64,000 nucleotides of DNA from Candidatus Gygaella obscura (GCA_030765485.1 JAVCCR010000002.1:12288-76287); one strand, 5' to 3'. Counted from the stretch's first letter, positions 23,749 through 33,898 are shown. Notes: a model not told the origin generated them from the letters alone. Numbers and translations: made by a program.

Positions 23749-24893
23749 AATAAGAGTATTCCCCCTAGAGTTAAAAATATTAAAGCGGTAATAATTTTTA
23801 TTAAACCTAGATTCTTCTGACTAAAGCGAGCAAACTTCTCAGAAGTCAAACCATAACCACCAAGAATAACAATTATAAATAACGGTAAAACGAACATCAA
23901 ATTATATAACACAAGGTAAGAAAAAGCCAGGAATTTCGTAGATGTAGCATTCATTACAAAAACTATCGTCGGTAAATATAGCTGGCCCGTACAAACTGAT
24001 TCAAATACAGTTACTAAAAATGCGCAGCCAACGCTAGATATAATCATCCCAAAAATAGTCTTTTTGCTGTATCCGGTTTTCTCACGAATATCAGTAGACT
24101 GTTTTATTACAGACTGAATTCTGCTTTTAACCATACCGGGAAGTTTAAGAATAGTTTTATGGGCATCTTTTGTTCTCTTAAAAATTACAAAATCATATAT
24201 ATTTAAAGCCGCCAATAAAAAAGCTAAACCCATGGTCAATAAAGCAATGGTTATCTCCAAATAAACATTTATACCTAAAATCTTGAAAATCTCAAACACT
24301 CCCAACCCCAGCAAAAGATAAGTCAAGAAAACAGTAATGATAAAAATCGTACCAACAAAAATTATCTCTTTTCTCCTATACCCTACGAATCCTAGAAAAG
24401 AAACAAAAAATACCAATACGGTAAATGCGCAGGGATTAATACTGTCAGCAAGACCAGCACCTAATACCATGGTCATATTTAACTTCCTGAATTTATCAAC
24501 CTGCTTTGATTGCTTCATAACCACAAATGCCTTAACCGGTATCCTTATGGATGGATTCTCAGGATCATTAGTATCCAGAATCAAATACTGAATAACATCC
24601 TTGCTATAACCAGTAGAATCAAAATTAAATTTTATTATTTTAAACTCATCAGGAGAAAGGAAAAAGGTCAAAACAGAAGGTTCTGTAACTTGCACACAAT
24701 CGCAGGTTAACCGTATCTTTATATCAAGCCTATCGGTTCCAGCGTTTCTGACAATAACCTCATGGGAAAAAAGTTTACCTTCTTCAATGCGGCCCAGATC
24801 AAATTGATCTGTACTTATTTTTATTTGCGGCTGAGCAAAACAGATCAAAGGCAATAAGAATATAGCTAAAACAAAAAAAATAATCTTACGCAT
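23703..24893 (-). CDS. Fusion of a DUF1573 beta-sandwich domain with a CcdA/DsbD-family (DsbD_2) transmembrane disulfide-reductase domain
   Basis: N-terminus FDLGRIEEGKLFSHEVIVRNAGTDRLDIKIRLTCDCVQV...FNFDSTG matches the DUF1573 pattern (F.FG.I.EG...F.N.G...L.I..V..CGCT). This is followed by 6+ TM helices carrying the NPC motif (SINPCAF) and a second membrane Cys (SVCTGQLYLP). Confidence 0.6.
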   Translation of the reverse strand: MRKIIFFVLAIFLLPLICFAQPQIKISTDQFDLGRIEEGKLFSHEVIVRNAGTDRLDIKIRLTCDCVQVTEPSVLTFFLSPDEFKIIKFNFDSTGYSKDVIQYLILDTNDPENPSIRIPVKAFVVMKQSKQVDKFRKLNMTMVLGAGLADSINPCAFTVLVFFVSFLGFVGYRRKEIIFVGTIFIITVFLTYLLLGLGVFEIFKILGINVYLEITIALLTMGLAFLLAALNIYDFVIFKRTKDAHKTILKLPGMVKSRIQSVIKQSTDIREKTGYSKKTIFGMIISSVGCAFLVTVFESVCTGQLYLPTIVFVMNATSTKFLAFSYLVLYNLMFVLPLFIIVILGGYGLTSEKFARFSQKNLGLIKIITALIFLTLGGILLLWKKEDFIYLFSLFV

Positions 24894-24896
24894 AGA

Positions 24897-26480
24897 TTAT
24901 AGCTTAAGCAGTTTTACAGAATTTATATTTTTAACAGACCTTATTTCTTCAAGTATCTTTTCGCTTGCATGATTATCGATATTAATAATACTTATTGCCT
25001 GTCCTCCTATTTTAACTCTACCAAAAGCCATACAGGCAATATTTACTCCATGCTTGCCAAGAAGCGTTCCCAAGGATCCAATAATTCCTGGTTTATCAAC
25101 ATTGCTGGTAAGAAGCATAAACCCTTTAGGTACTGCCTCAAGATACATATTATCAAGCTTTACTATCCTAGGTTCTTTATCTGCAAAAAGCGTACCGGCA
25201 ATAGATCTTACTCCTTGAGCAGTTTTAACCTCCAGACTAACCAAATTAGCAAAATCGCTTTCTTCACTTAAACGCTGTTCAGTAAGTTTTATCCCGCGCT
25301 CCTTGGCTAAAGAAATCGCATTTACAAAATTAACCGTATCCTGCAATATCGGTTTAAGCAATCCATTTACCAAAGACATGCTAATCGGAGCAATATCTGT
25401 TGGAGTAAAGAACCCGCTGTAGCTTAAAACAACCTCTTTGATTGAAGAATCAATCAATTGACCTAAAAATAAACCCAGACGCTCTCCTAAATTGACCCAA
25501 GGCATAAGAATCTTCATTGCCTCCGGCTCTAAATTGGGAAAATTAGCGGCATTTCTAATACCTTTATCTAATAACGCATCCCTTACGCATTCGGCAATCT
25601 CTATACTTACATTAACCTGCGCCTCTTTAGTAGAAGCACCCAAATGAGGCGTAAAAATAATCTTATCGGATTTTAACAAAACATTTGTGCTATCAAACGG
25701 CTCCTTTTCATATACATCGAATGCCGCAGCTGAAACGATTTCTTTTTCAATCGCACTTACCAAAGCTGCTTCATCAATTATACCGCCTCTTGCACAGTTA
25801 ACAATTTTTACTCCTTTTTTCATCTTTAAAAATGCCTTCTCTGATATCAAATGATGTGTATCGTCAGTTAAAGGAACATGAACCGTTACGATATCTGCTC
25901 TGGCAAATAAATCATCCAGCGAAACTGATTCAATCTCAAGCTGGTCAACTTTTTCTTTGGATAAAAATGGGTCAAATGCAATAATCTTCATACCAAAATT
26001 TAAAGCCCTTTTGGCAACCTCAGTACCAATCCTGCCTAAACCTACTATACCTAACGTTTTACCGTAAACCTCTTTACCCATAAAGGCTGAACGTTTCCAT
26101 TCGCCTTTTAACATCGAAGCATGGGCCTGAGGGATATTGCGCATCAAAGCTAAAACCATAGAAAATGTATGCTCTGCAGTAGAAATGGTATTACCACCAG
26201 GAGCATTCATTACCATAATGCCTTTTGCCGTAGCTGCAACTAAATCAACATTATCAAGCCCAACCCCTGCTCGACCAATAACCTTAAGATTATCTGCTGA
26301 CTCAATTATCTCTTTTGTTACCTTGGTGCCGCTTCTAACAACTAAAGCGTGATACTTAGATATAATCTTTTTTAATTCTTCGGGTTTTAATCCGGTATTA
26401 ATATCAACTTTAAATTCTTTAACCTGCTTTAAAATCTCTACTCCCTCAGGTGAAAGCTTATCGCTAATTAAAATATTCAT
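24897..26480 (-). CDS. serA: D-3-phosphoglycerate dehydrogenase with C-terminal ACT domain
   Basis: 2-hydroxyacid dehydrogenase Rossmann motif GIVGLGRIGTEVA. 527 aa with an ASB/ACT tail. Confidence 0.88.
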   Translation of the reverse strand: MNILISDKLSPEGVEILKQVKEFKVDINTGLKPEELKKIISKYHALVVRSGTKVTKEIIESADNLKVIGRAGVGLDNVDLVAATAKGIMVMNAPGGNTISTAEHTFSMVLALMRNIPQAHASMLKGEWKRSAFMGKEVYGKTLGIVGLGRIGTEVAKRALNFGMKIIAFDPFLSKEKVDQLEIESVSLDDLFARADIVTVHVPLTDDTHHLISEKAFLKMKKGVKIVNCARGGIIDEAALVSAIEKEIVSAAAFDVYEKEPFDSTNVLLKSDKIIFTPHLGASTKEAQVNVSIEIAECVRDALLDKGIRNAANFPNLEPEAMKILMPWVNLGERLGLFLGQLIDSSIKEVVLSYSGFFTPTDIAPISMSLVNGLLKPILQDTVNFVNAISLAKERGIKLTEQRLSEESDFANLVSLEVKTAQGVRSIAGTLFADKEPRIVKLDNMYLEAVPKGFMLLTSNVDKPGIIGSLGTLLGKHGVNIACMAFGRVKIGGQAISIINIDNHASEKILEEIRSVKNINSVKLLKL

Positions 26481-26505
26481 CTCTTTCCTCTTTTTTTTAA
26501 AATAA

Positions 26506-27657
26506 TTACAATGAACTTTTACTAAACACTTCCTGCGCGGCTTTTACGCCTATACCTAAATCAACCTTTTGACCCATCCTTGCTAAAACTCGCTCTAGAC
26601 AAGAGATACAAATAATTATCTCAAACTCATTAATATATCCCATATGAGCGATTCTAATAATCTTTCCTTTTAGATGCGCCTGTCCGCCAGCAACAGCTAC
26701 ACCATAATCATCCCTCATCATTTTAACTAACTTTACTCCATCGATATTTGCAGGTAGCTTTATGGATGTAACTGCATCTGAACGACATGATTCATCTGCA
26801 AAAAGCTCAAGCCCCAAAGCTTTACTAGCCTCCCTTACTGCATCAGCCAATAAGGTATAATATTTAAATCCGTTTTCCAGACCTCTTTGTTTTAAAAGTT
26901 TTAAAGCGCTATTTAATGCTATTATCAACGAAATAGCTGAAGTCCATGGCATATCATCCTTAGCCAAAGATGCTTTATATTTTTTATAATCATAATAAAA
27001 TTTAGGCAGATTGCTTGTCTCGATTAATTTCCAGGCTTTCTCATTCAGCGTACAAAATGCCAAACCAGGAGGAATCATCAGACCCTTCTGCGAACCAGAA
27101 ACAACAACATCTATCTGCCAATCATCCGTATAGCAGGGCACAGCCCCAAGACCGCTTACAGCATCAACAACTAAAACCGCATCTGTCTTATTAACTATTT
27201 TTGCAATTTCTCTTATATCTGTAGATACTCCGGTAGAAGTCTCACAAAGCGTAGTAAATACAGCCTTAGGAACAGGCTTTGTAATCTTTAACTTTTCTTC
27301 AATTACCTTAGGATCAACTGAATGACCCCATTCTACATTAATAACTATAGGTTCAACGCCATAAGCATTACAGAGCTTTCCCCAACGCTCTCCGAACTTA
27401 CCGCCATTTACGCATATTGCCGTGTCACCTGCCGATAAAAGGTTTGCAACAGTTGATTCCATTGCTCCAGTTCCAGAAGAAGTAAACACAAAACAATCCT
27501 GCTTTGTAGCAAATACGCATTTTAAGCCTTCACAGACCTCTTTAAAAATACTTAAAAACTGTGGGGTCCTATGATGAATAATGGGTTTTGCCAAAGACTC
27601 CATCACTTCCGGCGGCAAAGGCGTAGGTCCAGGAGTAAGAAGGTAATTTTTTTTCAT
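26506..27657 (-). CDS. serC: Class V aminotransferase (phosphoserine / serine-pyruvate aminotransferase family)
   Basis: PLP fold-type I class V features. Located immediately downstream of serA. Confidence 0.7.
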   Translation of the reverse strand: MKKNYLLTPGPTPLPPEVMESLAKPIIHHRTPQFLSIFKEVCEGLKCVFATKQDCFVFTSSGTGAMESTVANLLSAGDTAICVNGGKFGERWGKLCNAYGVEPIVINVEWGHSVDPKVIEEKLKITKPVPKAVFTTLCETSTGVSTDIREIAKIVNKTDAVLVVDAVSGLGAVPCYTDDWQIDVVVSGSQKGLMIPPGLAFCTLNEKAWKLIETSNLPKFYYDYKKYKASLAKDDMPWTSAISLIIALNSALKLLKQRGLENGFKYYTLLADAVREASKALGLELFADESCRSDAVTSIKLPANIDGVKLVKMMRDDYGVAVAGGQAHLKGKIIRIAHMGYINEFEIIICISCLERVLARMGQKVDLGIGVKAAQEVFSKSSL

Positions 27658-27709
27658 AAAACAATTTCTCCTTGCTTAATTAATATCTAATGCTAACTTT
27701 TTCTATAAA

Positions 27710-28315
27710 CTACTTTTTTTTGTTATTAATTACAGAATCAATTATACCGTATTCTTTCGATTCGTCAGCGGACATAAAATAATCTCTGTCAGTATCATTT
27801 TTAATCTGTTCAATATCTTTTCCCGTATGTTCGGAGAGTATTTTATTTAATTTATCCCTTAATCTTAAAATCTCTTTTGCCTGTATAGAGATATCTGTAG
27901 CCTGGCCTTGCACTCCGCCCCATGGTTGATGAATCATAATACGTGAATGCGGTAAAGCAAATCTTTTCCCATTTTTACCAGCTGCCAACAACAACGCACC
28001 CATACTTGCAGCCTGACCCACACAGTATGTAGAAACATCGGGCTTTACAAACTGCATAGTATCATAAATAGCTAACCCTGCAGTGATAGACCCTCCGGGA
28101 GAATTTATATACATATTAATTTCCTTTTTTGTATCTTCCATCTGCAAAAACAACATTTGAGCAATAACAATATTTGCTACATTGTCATCAATAGGAGTAC
28201 CAATAAAAATAATCCTATCCTTCAAAAGCCTTGAGAAGATATCATACGCCCTTTCATACCCTCGTGAAGTCTGCTCAATAACCATAGGTACAAGTGTCTG
28301 CATTTTATACGTCAT
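27710..28315 (-). CDS. clpP: ATP-dependent Clp protease proteolytic subunit
   Basis: Catalytic-triad context [14 protein letters not shown] and HQP...MIHQP. 201 aa. Confidence 0.92.
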   Translation of the reverse strand: MTYKMQTLVPMVIEQTSRGYERAYDIFSRLLKDRIIFIGTPIDDNVANIVIAQMLFLQMEDTKKEINMYINSPGGSITAGLAIYDTMQFVKPDVSTYCVGQAASMGALLLAAGKNGKRFALPHSRIMIHQPWGGVQGQATDISIQAKEILRLRDKLNKILSEHTGKDIEQIKNDTDRDYFMSADESKEYGIIDSVINNKKK

Positions 28316-28373
28316 TCTGTCCTCCTTATGGATAAATTTTAATTAATTATTATTAATATTATTATTTTACGTT

Positions 28374-29267
28374 TTATTTTTTCTCTACTTTTTTCCAATT
28401 CGCATTAGAAAGGAGAAAATCAAAAACTCTTTGGATAAAATTATTCTCTATTGTAATCTTTTCATTTTTCGCTATCTCTTCAAACACCAGATAAATCCAA
28501 ACATCATCTTCAGCATCCTTTTTGAGACGTTCCGTAAATTCTGCCTCTTTTTCGCTAAACTGCTGCTCAGTGAATCCGTATTTAGTCATCAGTTCTTTTT
28601 TGGTATTTTCAACCAATTCCTGAAAACGCCTATCTACTAATTTTACAGGCAACGTAAAACTACAGTTTTGTTTAAGCTGATCAATCAACTGTACTCTTGT
28701 CTGTTGAACACGGGCGTGCTCCTTCTGCAAATATATTTCTTTACTTAAAGATTCGTGCATATCAGCAAGTGAATAATAACCGCATGATTTGGCAAATTTA
28801 TCATTCACCTCGAGATCTTTTCCCTTTTGCTGCTTTACTGTATCCATTGCTTTTTCCAAATCTTGCTGCGTTACCTCAATCGGTTCAAGATTAACATTTA
28901 ATGCCTTATATTTTTTTATTTCAATCTTTGGTTTTACTTCTACTTTAACATTAAACGATAAACTTTCACCTGTCAAATTGACATCACTTATATTAGGCAT
29001 ATCAATAGGCTCAAGACTATCCTTTTTGACTGCCTCATCATAGATATCAGGCACAAGCGCCTTAATCGTTTCCTGCTCGGCAACTTTTGAATATTGCTTC
29101 TTTATCAATTCTTCCGGTGCCTTACCAGGACGAAATCCCGGAATCTTAGCTTCTTTTGCAATCTGTTTATAAATTTCATCCTTTTTATCGGTTATACGTT
29201 TTCCTGAAAGATTAACCGAAAATTGCGTAACATCGTTTTCCGTTTTTATTACTTCCGTCTTTAGCAT
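28374..29267 (-). CDS. tig: Trigger factor, short form: N-terminal ribosome-binding and C-terminal chaperone domains, apparently no PPIase domain
   Basis: GFRPGKAP ribosome-docking signature. Only 297 aa versus about 430 aa for canonical TF. Lies upstream of clpP as usual. Confidence 0.7.
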   Translation of the reverse strand: MLKTEVIKTENDVTQFSVNLSGKRITDKKDEIYKQIAKEAKIPGFRPGKAPEELIKKQYSKVAEQETIKALVPDIYDEAVKKDSLEPIDMPNISDVNLTGESLSFNVKVEVKPKIEIKKYKALNVNLEPIEVTQQDLEKAMDTVKQQKGKDLEVNDKFAKSCGYYSLADMHESLSKEIYLQKEHARVQQTRVQLIDQLKQNCSFTLPVKLVDRRFQELVENTKKELMTKYGFTEQQFSEKEAEFTERLKKDAEDDVWIYLVFEEIAKNEKITIENNFIQRVFDFLLSNANWKKVEKK

Positions 29268-29280
29268 CCTTAGATCCTTC

Positions 29281-30003
29281 CTACATTTTGAATTTTTCGC
29301 CCAGATATATTTCTCTTGCCTTGGGATCCTTAATCAAATCCTGAGCGCCACCTGAAATAAGAATCTTTCCTTCTGCTATTAAATATGCCCTGTCGGTTAT
29401 CGCCAGGGTCTCTCTTACGTTATGATCAGTCAACAATATCCCTAGACCCTTGTTTTTTAATTCCTTTATTATCGTTTGGGCTTCTGCTACTACTATCGGG
29501 TCAATCCCTGAAAAGGGTTCATCCAACAATATAAAAGATGGGTTTGTTGCCAAAGCCCTTGTAATCTCCAGACGACGTCTTTCTCCGCCTGAAAGGGTAA
29601 AAGCTTTATGCTTGGCTAAATGAGCGATATTTAATTCCTCCAAAAGACTATACAGTCTAGCCTTTCTTTCTTTGGCTGTAAAAGACATAGTCTCTAAAAT
29701 TGCTGTGATGTTTTCCTCAACAGTAAGGCGCTTAAACACAGAAGAATCCTGTGCCAGATAACCTATTCCAAAACGCGCCCTTTGATGTATGGGAAGTTTA
29801 GTAATATCCTGATTATCAAAAATTATCTTTCCCTTATCGGGAGTAATAACCCCTACAACCATATAAAATGTCGTAGTTTTTCCCGCTCCGTTAGGCCCTA
29901 ATAAACCAACAATTTCTCCACGACGAACAACCATATCAACATGACGAACTACTGCTTTACCGTCATATGATTTGGTTAAACCTTTTATCTCTAATAAATG
30001 CAT
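29281..30003 (-). CDS. lptB: LPS export ABC transporter ATP-binding protein
   Basis: Walker A GPNGAGKTT, signature LSGGERRRLE. 240 aa. Adjacent to the OstA-like protein and kds genes. Confidence 0.85.
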   Translation of the reverse strand: MHLLEIKGLTKSYDGKAVVRHVDMVVRRGEIVGLLGPNGAGKTTTFYMVVGVITPDKGKIIFDNQDITKLPIHQRARFGIGYLAQDSSVFKRLTVEENITAILETMSFTAKERKARLYSLLEELNIAHLAKHKAFTLSGGERRRLEITRALATNPSFILLDEPFSGIDPIVVAEAQTIIKELKNKGLGILLTDHNVRETLAITDRAYLIAEGKILISGGAQDLIKDPKAREIYLGEKFKM

Positions 30004-30006
30004 ATA

Positions 30007-30882
30007 TTACTCCATCTCATCCGAATAAATAAATAATTTCGGTGTTCCGGTTAAAATAATCTTTTTCTGCACTACATCATAAACAGCTTCATCGCTAAAG
30101 GTAATATTTTCACCTTTAACGATCTTGACATTACCCTTGGCAACAATTTTATCAATCTTTCCACCCTTATCGCTCAGGCTGTCGTTTGATTCATCAGCCG
30201 TTTTATTAGATTTAAAAAAAGTAAAAAGCTCATCACAATAAATATCTCCTTGAACGCTGTTGCTTGCTTTTACATTTTCATAAAAAATAGCCATTCCTTT
30301 TTCATAATCAACTTCCAAAGGACCATCACAGGTAATCACAGTGCGTTCATCGGATTCTTCTTGGATCGATTCTTGATTACTATCTTCATCCTTTAAAGTT
30401 ACTTCGACATCTTTTAAAAGTGACGCCTTATCCAAACTTGGATTCGCCTTTAACCCCTTACCATCGGCATTAAAAGCAGGATGCTCGATATTTACTTTAT
30501 CTTGAGTATCAATTAAATCCTCGCTCTGACTCCAGTCTAATGAATCAGTAACCAGCCTAGCTCCCGAATCTGTTGTAATAACAACATTTTCCTGTAGATG
30601 AAGCTTACCTTCGGCTTTATCAAATACTCCTTTATCAGCAACCAGATTAATTGTATCTTTATCCTTATAAGAATTTGCGTCAATGTCAGAAAGATTCACC
30701 TTTTCATCAAGAAAATCAGCAGTCTTACCTTTGACATCCCAACTTTTTTTACCCTGCTGAGAATAGCCTGAAAGATTAAAATCCGTTATCTGCTGATCGC
30801 TTTCTATTTCCTCTTGCGCAAAACAACAAAAACAAAAAGCAAACAAAAATACTATTATAGTTATTATGTTTTTTTTATACAT
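30007..30882 (-). CDS. lptA: OstA-like LPS-transport protein, two tandem beta-jellyroll halves (LptC-like + LptA-like)
   Basis: Probable start MYKKNIITIIVFLFAFCF (signal/anchor). The two halves resemble LptC and LptA/OstA_N folds. The ORF-track start at 30933 overlaps kdsC and is probably too long. Confidence 0.55.
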   Translation of the reverse strand: MYKKNIITIIVFLFAFCFCCFAQEEIESDQQITDFNLSGYSQQGKKSWDVKGKTADFLDEKVNLSDIDANSYKDKDTINLVADKGVFDKAEGKLHLQENVVITTDSGARLVTDSLDWSQSEDLIDTQDKVNIEHPAFNADGKGLKANPSLDKASLLKDVEVTLKDEDSNQESIQEESDERTVITCDGPLEVDYEKGMAIFYENVKASNSVQGDIYCDELFTFFKSNKTADESNDSLSDKGGKIDKIVAKGNVKIVKGENITFSDEAVYDVVQKKIILTGTPKLFIYSDEME

Positions 30883-31393
30883 AATCCTTAATCGCTTCAT
30901 CCCATTTATTCTGAGACTTAAGGATAATCTCACTTACTTCCCTTACTGCACCCTTGCCGCCATAAGCCTTAGTTATATAGTGAGCAGTTTGTTTTACTTC
31001 CTCACAGGCATTGTTGACTGCAACCGCAAAACCAGCCAGTTTCATCGCTGAAATATCTACTAAATCATCTCCTATAAAACAAACCTCGTCTTCGCTAATA
31101 CCGTATTCTGCTTTAATTTTTTCATATACTTTTGATTTCGGCATAAGATCATCATAAACCTTTTTTACCCCCATATCCTTAGCGCGCGGTTTTATTGACC
31201 GGGAAGCCTTAGCGGTAATTATAATCGTGGGGATTTTTTGTTTATTCAACAAATGCACACCCATACCGTCATACACATTAAAAAGCTTTAGTTCTCGACC
31301 TGAGGTATCATATATAATCCTGCCATCAGTAAGCACTCCATCAACATCCAACAGCAGCAATCTTATCTTCTTTATTCTTTCTTCTATATTCAT
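30875..31393 (-). CDS. kdsC: KDO 8-phosphate phosphatase (HAD family)
   Basis: LLLLDVDGVLTDG HAD motif I. 172 aa. Sits in the kds cluster. Confidence 0.85.
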   Translation of the reverse strand: MNIEERIKKIRLLLLDVDGVLTDGRIIYDTSGRELKLFNVYDGMGVHLLNKQKIPTIIITAKASRSIKPRAKDMGVKKVYDDLMPKSKVYEKIKAEYGISEDEVCFIGDDLVDISAMKLAGFAVAVNNACEEVKQTAHYITKAYGGKGAVREVSEIILKSQNKWDEAIKDYV

Positions 31394-31398
31394 AACGA

Positions 31399-32358
31399 TT
31401 ACACCAAACCTGCGCTTAAAAGATCCTGAATATCCAAAATTCCAACAGGTTTATTGTTTTTATCTACTACAGGTAACTCATCAATCTTTTTCTTTCTTAA
31501 AATACTTAATGCCTCCATAGCTAACCTATCTCTAGATATGGTTATAGGATGCTTAGTCATAACAAAATTGATTTTTTTATTTGAAAGATCTGAATCTTCT
31601 TCGAGATGTCTTCTTAAATCTCCGTCTGTAAAAATACCTGTAAGACAACCTTTAGCATCAACCACGCAGGCGGCACCGGCTCGCGCTGCAGTAATCGCAT
31701 AAAGAGCCTCCTTTACAATCTGCGTCTGCTTAACTATAGGGTTATTTTTACCCTTGCGCATTATATCCTCGACTTTAAGTAAAAGTTTTTTTCCTAAGTT
31801 CCCCCCTGGGTGCAAAAAAGCAAAATCTTCTTTTTTAAAACCTTTTCTGTCTAAAACGCAAACCGCCAAAGCGTCTCCTAAAGCAAGCATAGCTGTCGTA
31901 GATGATGTCGGAGCCAGTCCCAAAGAACAGGCTTCTTTTTTTACAGAACTATCCAAAACGCAATCTGCATGTTTTGCCAAAGTAGAATTCTTATTGCCGG
32001 TAATCGCAATTATCTTTGAACCTAACTTTTTTAAAATCGGTAAAAGCTGTTTTACTTCCTGAGTCTCACCGCTATTAGACATTACCACTACAACATCATC
32101 TTGAATAACTCTTCCCAAATCACCATGAATTGCCTCGGTTGAATGCAGCCAAAAACTGGGAGTCCCTAAAGAAGATAATGTTGCAGAAATTTTCTGTCCG
32201 ATAAGACCACCTTTGCCTACTCCGGTTATCACAACCCTACCTTTAGATTTTTCAATAAAATCCACTGCCTTTACAAAATCATTATCAAGCTTACCGATAA
32301 GATCTTTTATGCAGTCAGCTTCAATTCTTAAAACCTCTTTTGCCCTTTTTATGCTCAT
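31399..32358 (-). CDS. kdsD: Arabinose-5-phosphate isomerase (SIS + tandem CBS)
   Basis: SIS domain (VVITGVGKGGLIGQKISATLSSLGTP) followed by a CBS pair. Confidence 0.85.
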   Translation of the reverse strand: MSIKRAKEVLRIEADCIKDLIGKLDNDFVKAVDFIEKSKGRVVITGVGKGGLIGQKISATLSSLGTPSFWLHSTEAIHGDLGRVIQDDVVVVMSNSGETQEVKQLLPILKKLGSKIIAITGNKNSTLAKHADCVLDSSVKKEACSLGLAPTSSTTAMLALGDALAVCVLDRKGFKKEDFAFLHPGGNLGKKLLLKVEDIMRKGKNNPIVKQTQIVKEALYAITAARAGAACVVDAKGCLTGIFTDGDLRRHLEEDSDLSNKKINFVMTKHPITISRDRLAMEALSILRKKKIDELPVVDKNNKPVGILDIQDLLSAGLV

Positions 32359-33164
32359 TTTAAAACCTTATTTATTTTTACTAAATCTTTTAATAAATCT
32401 GCCAGCTTACTAAGTTGCAGAGAATTAGCCCCGTCACAAAGCGCTTTTTTCGGAGTGGGATGAACTTCTAAAAATATGCCATCGCAACCAAAGGCAACTG
32501 CGGCGCGCGCAAGAGGAACAATAAACTCGCTTTGGCCGCCAGAACATGTCCCTTTGCCACCAGGAATCTGAACGCTGTGAGTAGCATCAAAAATAACCGG
32601 ATAGCCAAACTTACGCATTATCGCCAAAGAACGCATATCGCTAACCAAATTATTATAACCGAAGCTTACTCCTCTTTCAGTAAGAATAATTTTCTTGTTC
32701 CCTTGGGATTCTATCTTTTTGATTATCGGACCTAAATCAAAAGGAGCCATAAATTGACCCTTTTTTAAATTTACCACTTTTTGGGTTTTAGCAACCGCGA
32801 TCACAAGATCAGTTTGACGACATAAAAATGCGGGAATCTGTATGATATCCAAGACTTCAGCAGCCGGTGCTACCTGAGAAACACAATGTACATCACTTAA
32901 AATAACAAGGCCAGTTTCTTTATTTACTTTTTTTAAAATCTCTAAACCCTTTTTGATTCCCGGCCCCCTATAAGAACCAAGAGACATTCTATTTGCCTTA
33001 TCAAAACTGCTTTTAAATATAATCGGCACATTTAATTTAAGGCTTAGTTTTTTAATTCTATCAGCTATATCAAGAGTAAGTTTTTCTGTTTCAATCACAC
33101 ACGGACCAGCAATAAAAACCAATCCCTTCCCCGAACCAATATTGATATTACGAACTGTAACCAT
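32355..33164 (-). CDS. kdsA: 2-dehydro-3-deoxyphosphooctonate aldolase (KDO-8-P synthase)
   Basis: Alignment to E. coli KdsA begins at MVTVRNINIGSG...FKSSFDKANRMS. The ORF-track N-terminal extension is unlikely to be real. Confidence 0.85.
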   Translation of the reverse strand: MVTVRNINIGSGKGLVFIAGPCVIETEKLTLDIADRIKKLSLKLNVPIIFKSSFDKANRMSLGSYRGPGIKKGLEILKKVNKETGLVILSDVHCVSQVAPAAEVLDIIQIPAFLCRQTDLVIAVAKTQKVVNLKKGQFMAPFDLGPIIKKIESQGNKKIILTERGVSFGYNNLVSDMRSLAIMRKFGYPVIFDATHSVQIPGGKGTCSGGQSEFIVPLARAAVAFGCDGIFLEVHPTPKKALCDGANSLQLSKLADLLKDLVKINKVLK

Positions 33165-33897
33165 TTTTTTTCCTCTGTAAAATCTGTGTAACTTTTTCCA
33201 AATCTTCTTGTGTATCCACACCGACAGTCTCAATAGAAGTCTCAACAAGCTTTATCTTATATCCATTTTCTAAAGCGCGCAACTGCTCGAGACGTTCGGT
33301 TTTCTCAAGATTTGACACAGCCAAATTTTTAAATGTAAATAAGAAATCCTTTGTGTAGGCATAAAGCCCCAGGTGTTTATAAATGGTGTTTTGATGCGTA
33401 TTTATTTCGCTTGTATAAGGAATAGGTGATCGGGAAAAATATAATGCAAAACCATTCTTATCGGATACGACTTTAACTACATTCTTATCGATAAACTCTT
33501 CAAAACTAATTATCCTCTTGACTAAAGTTGACATATAAACATCCTTGTTCTCAAGAATACTCGAAGCCAATTGGTCTATCATCACCGGTTCTAACAAAGG
33601 TTCATCTGCTTGGATATTTACTACAACTTTAATATCCAAAGGATTAACTACCTCTGCAATCCTGTCTGTTCCAGACATGTGCCCTTTTGCAGTAAAAACA
33701 ACATTGGCGCCAAATTCTTTTGCAACCTCAAAAACAAGCTGGTTATCACAGGCAATTATCAAATCATCTAAACTTGTAGCCTGTTTTGCCCTTTCCCAGA
33801 CATGCTGAAGCATAGACTTACCCATAATATTAGCCAGGATTTTACCTTCAAACCTTGTAGAACCGTATCTTGCCGGAATTACGCCGATAACTTCCAT
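33148..33897 (-). CDS. kdsB: 3-deoxy-manno-octulosonate cytidylyltransferase (CMP-KDO synthetase)
   Basis: Probable start MEVIGVIPARYGSTRFEGK, the KdsB N-terminal motif. Confidence 0.85.
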   Translation of the reverse strand: MEVIGVIPARYGSTRFEGKILANIMGKSMLQHVWERAKQATSLDDLIIACDNQLVFEVAKEFGANVVFTAKGHMSGTDRIAEVVNPLDIKVVVNIQADEPLLEPVMIDQLASSILENKDVYMSTLVKRIISFEEFIDKNVVKVVSDKNGFALYFSRSPIPYTSEINTHQNTIYKHLGLYAYTKDFLFTFKNLAVSNLEKTERLEQLRALENGYKIKLVETSIETVGVDTQEDLEKVTQILQRKKNGYSS

Positions 33898-33898
33898 T

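Noticed and set aside
28316-28373. AT-rich tract (ATTATTATTAATATTATTATT) between clpP and tig, considered as a repeat element
   Set aside because: It is short low-complexity sequence typical of AT-rich intergenic promoters. There is no higher-order repeat.
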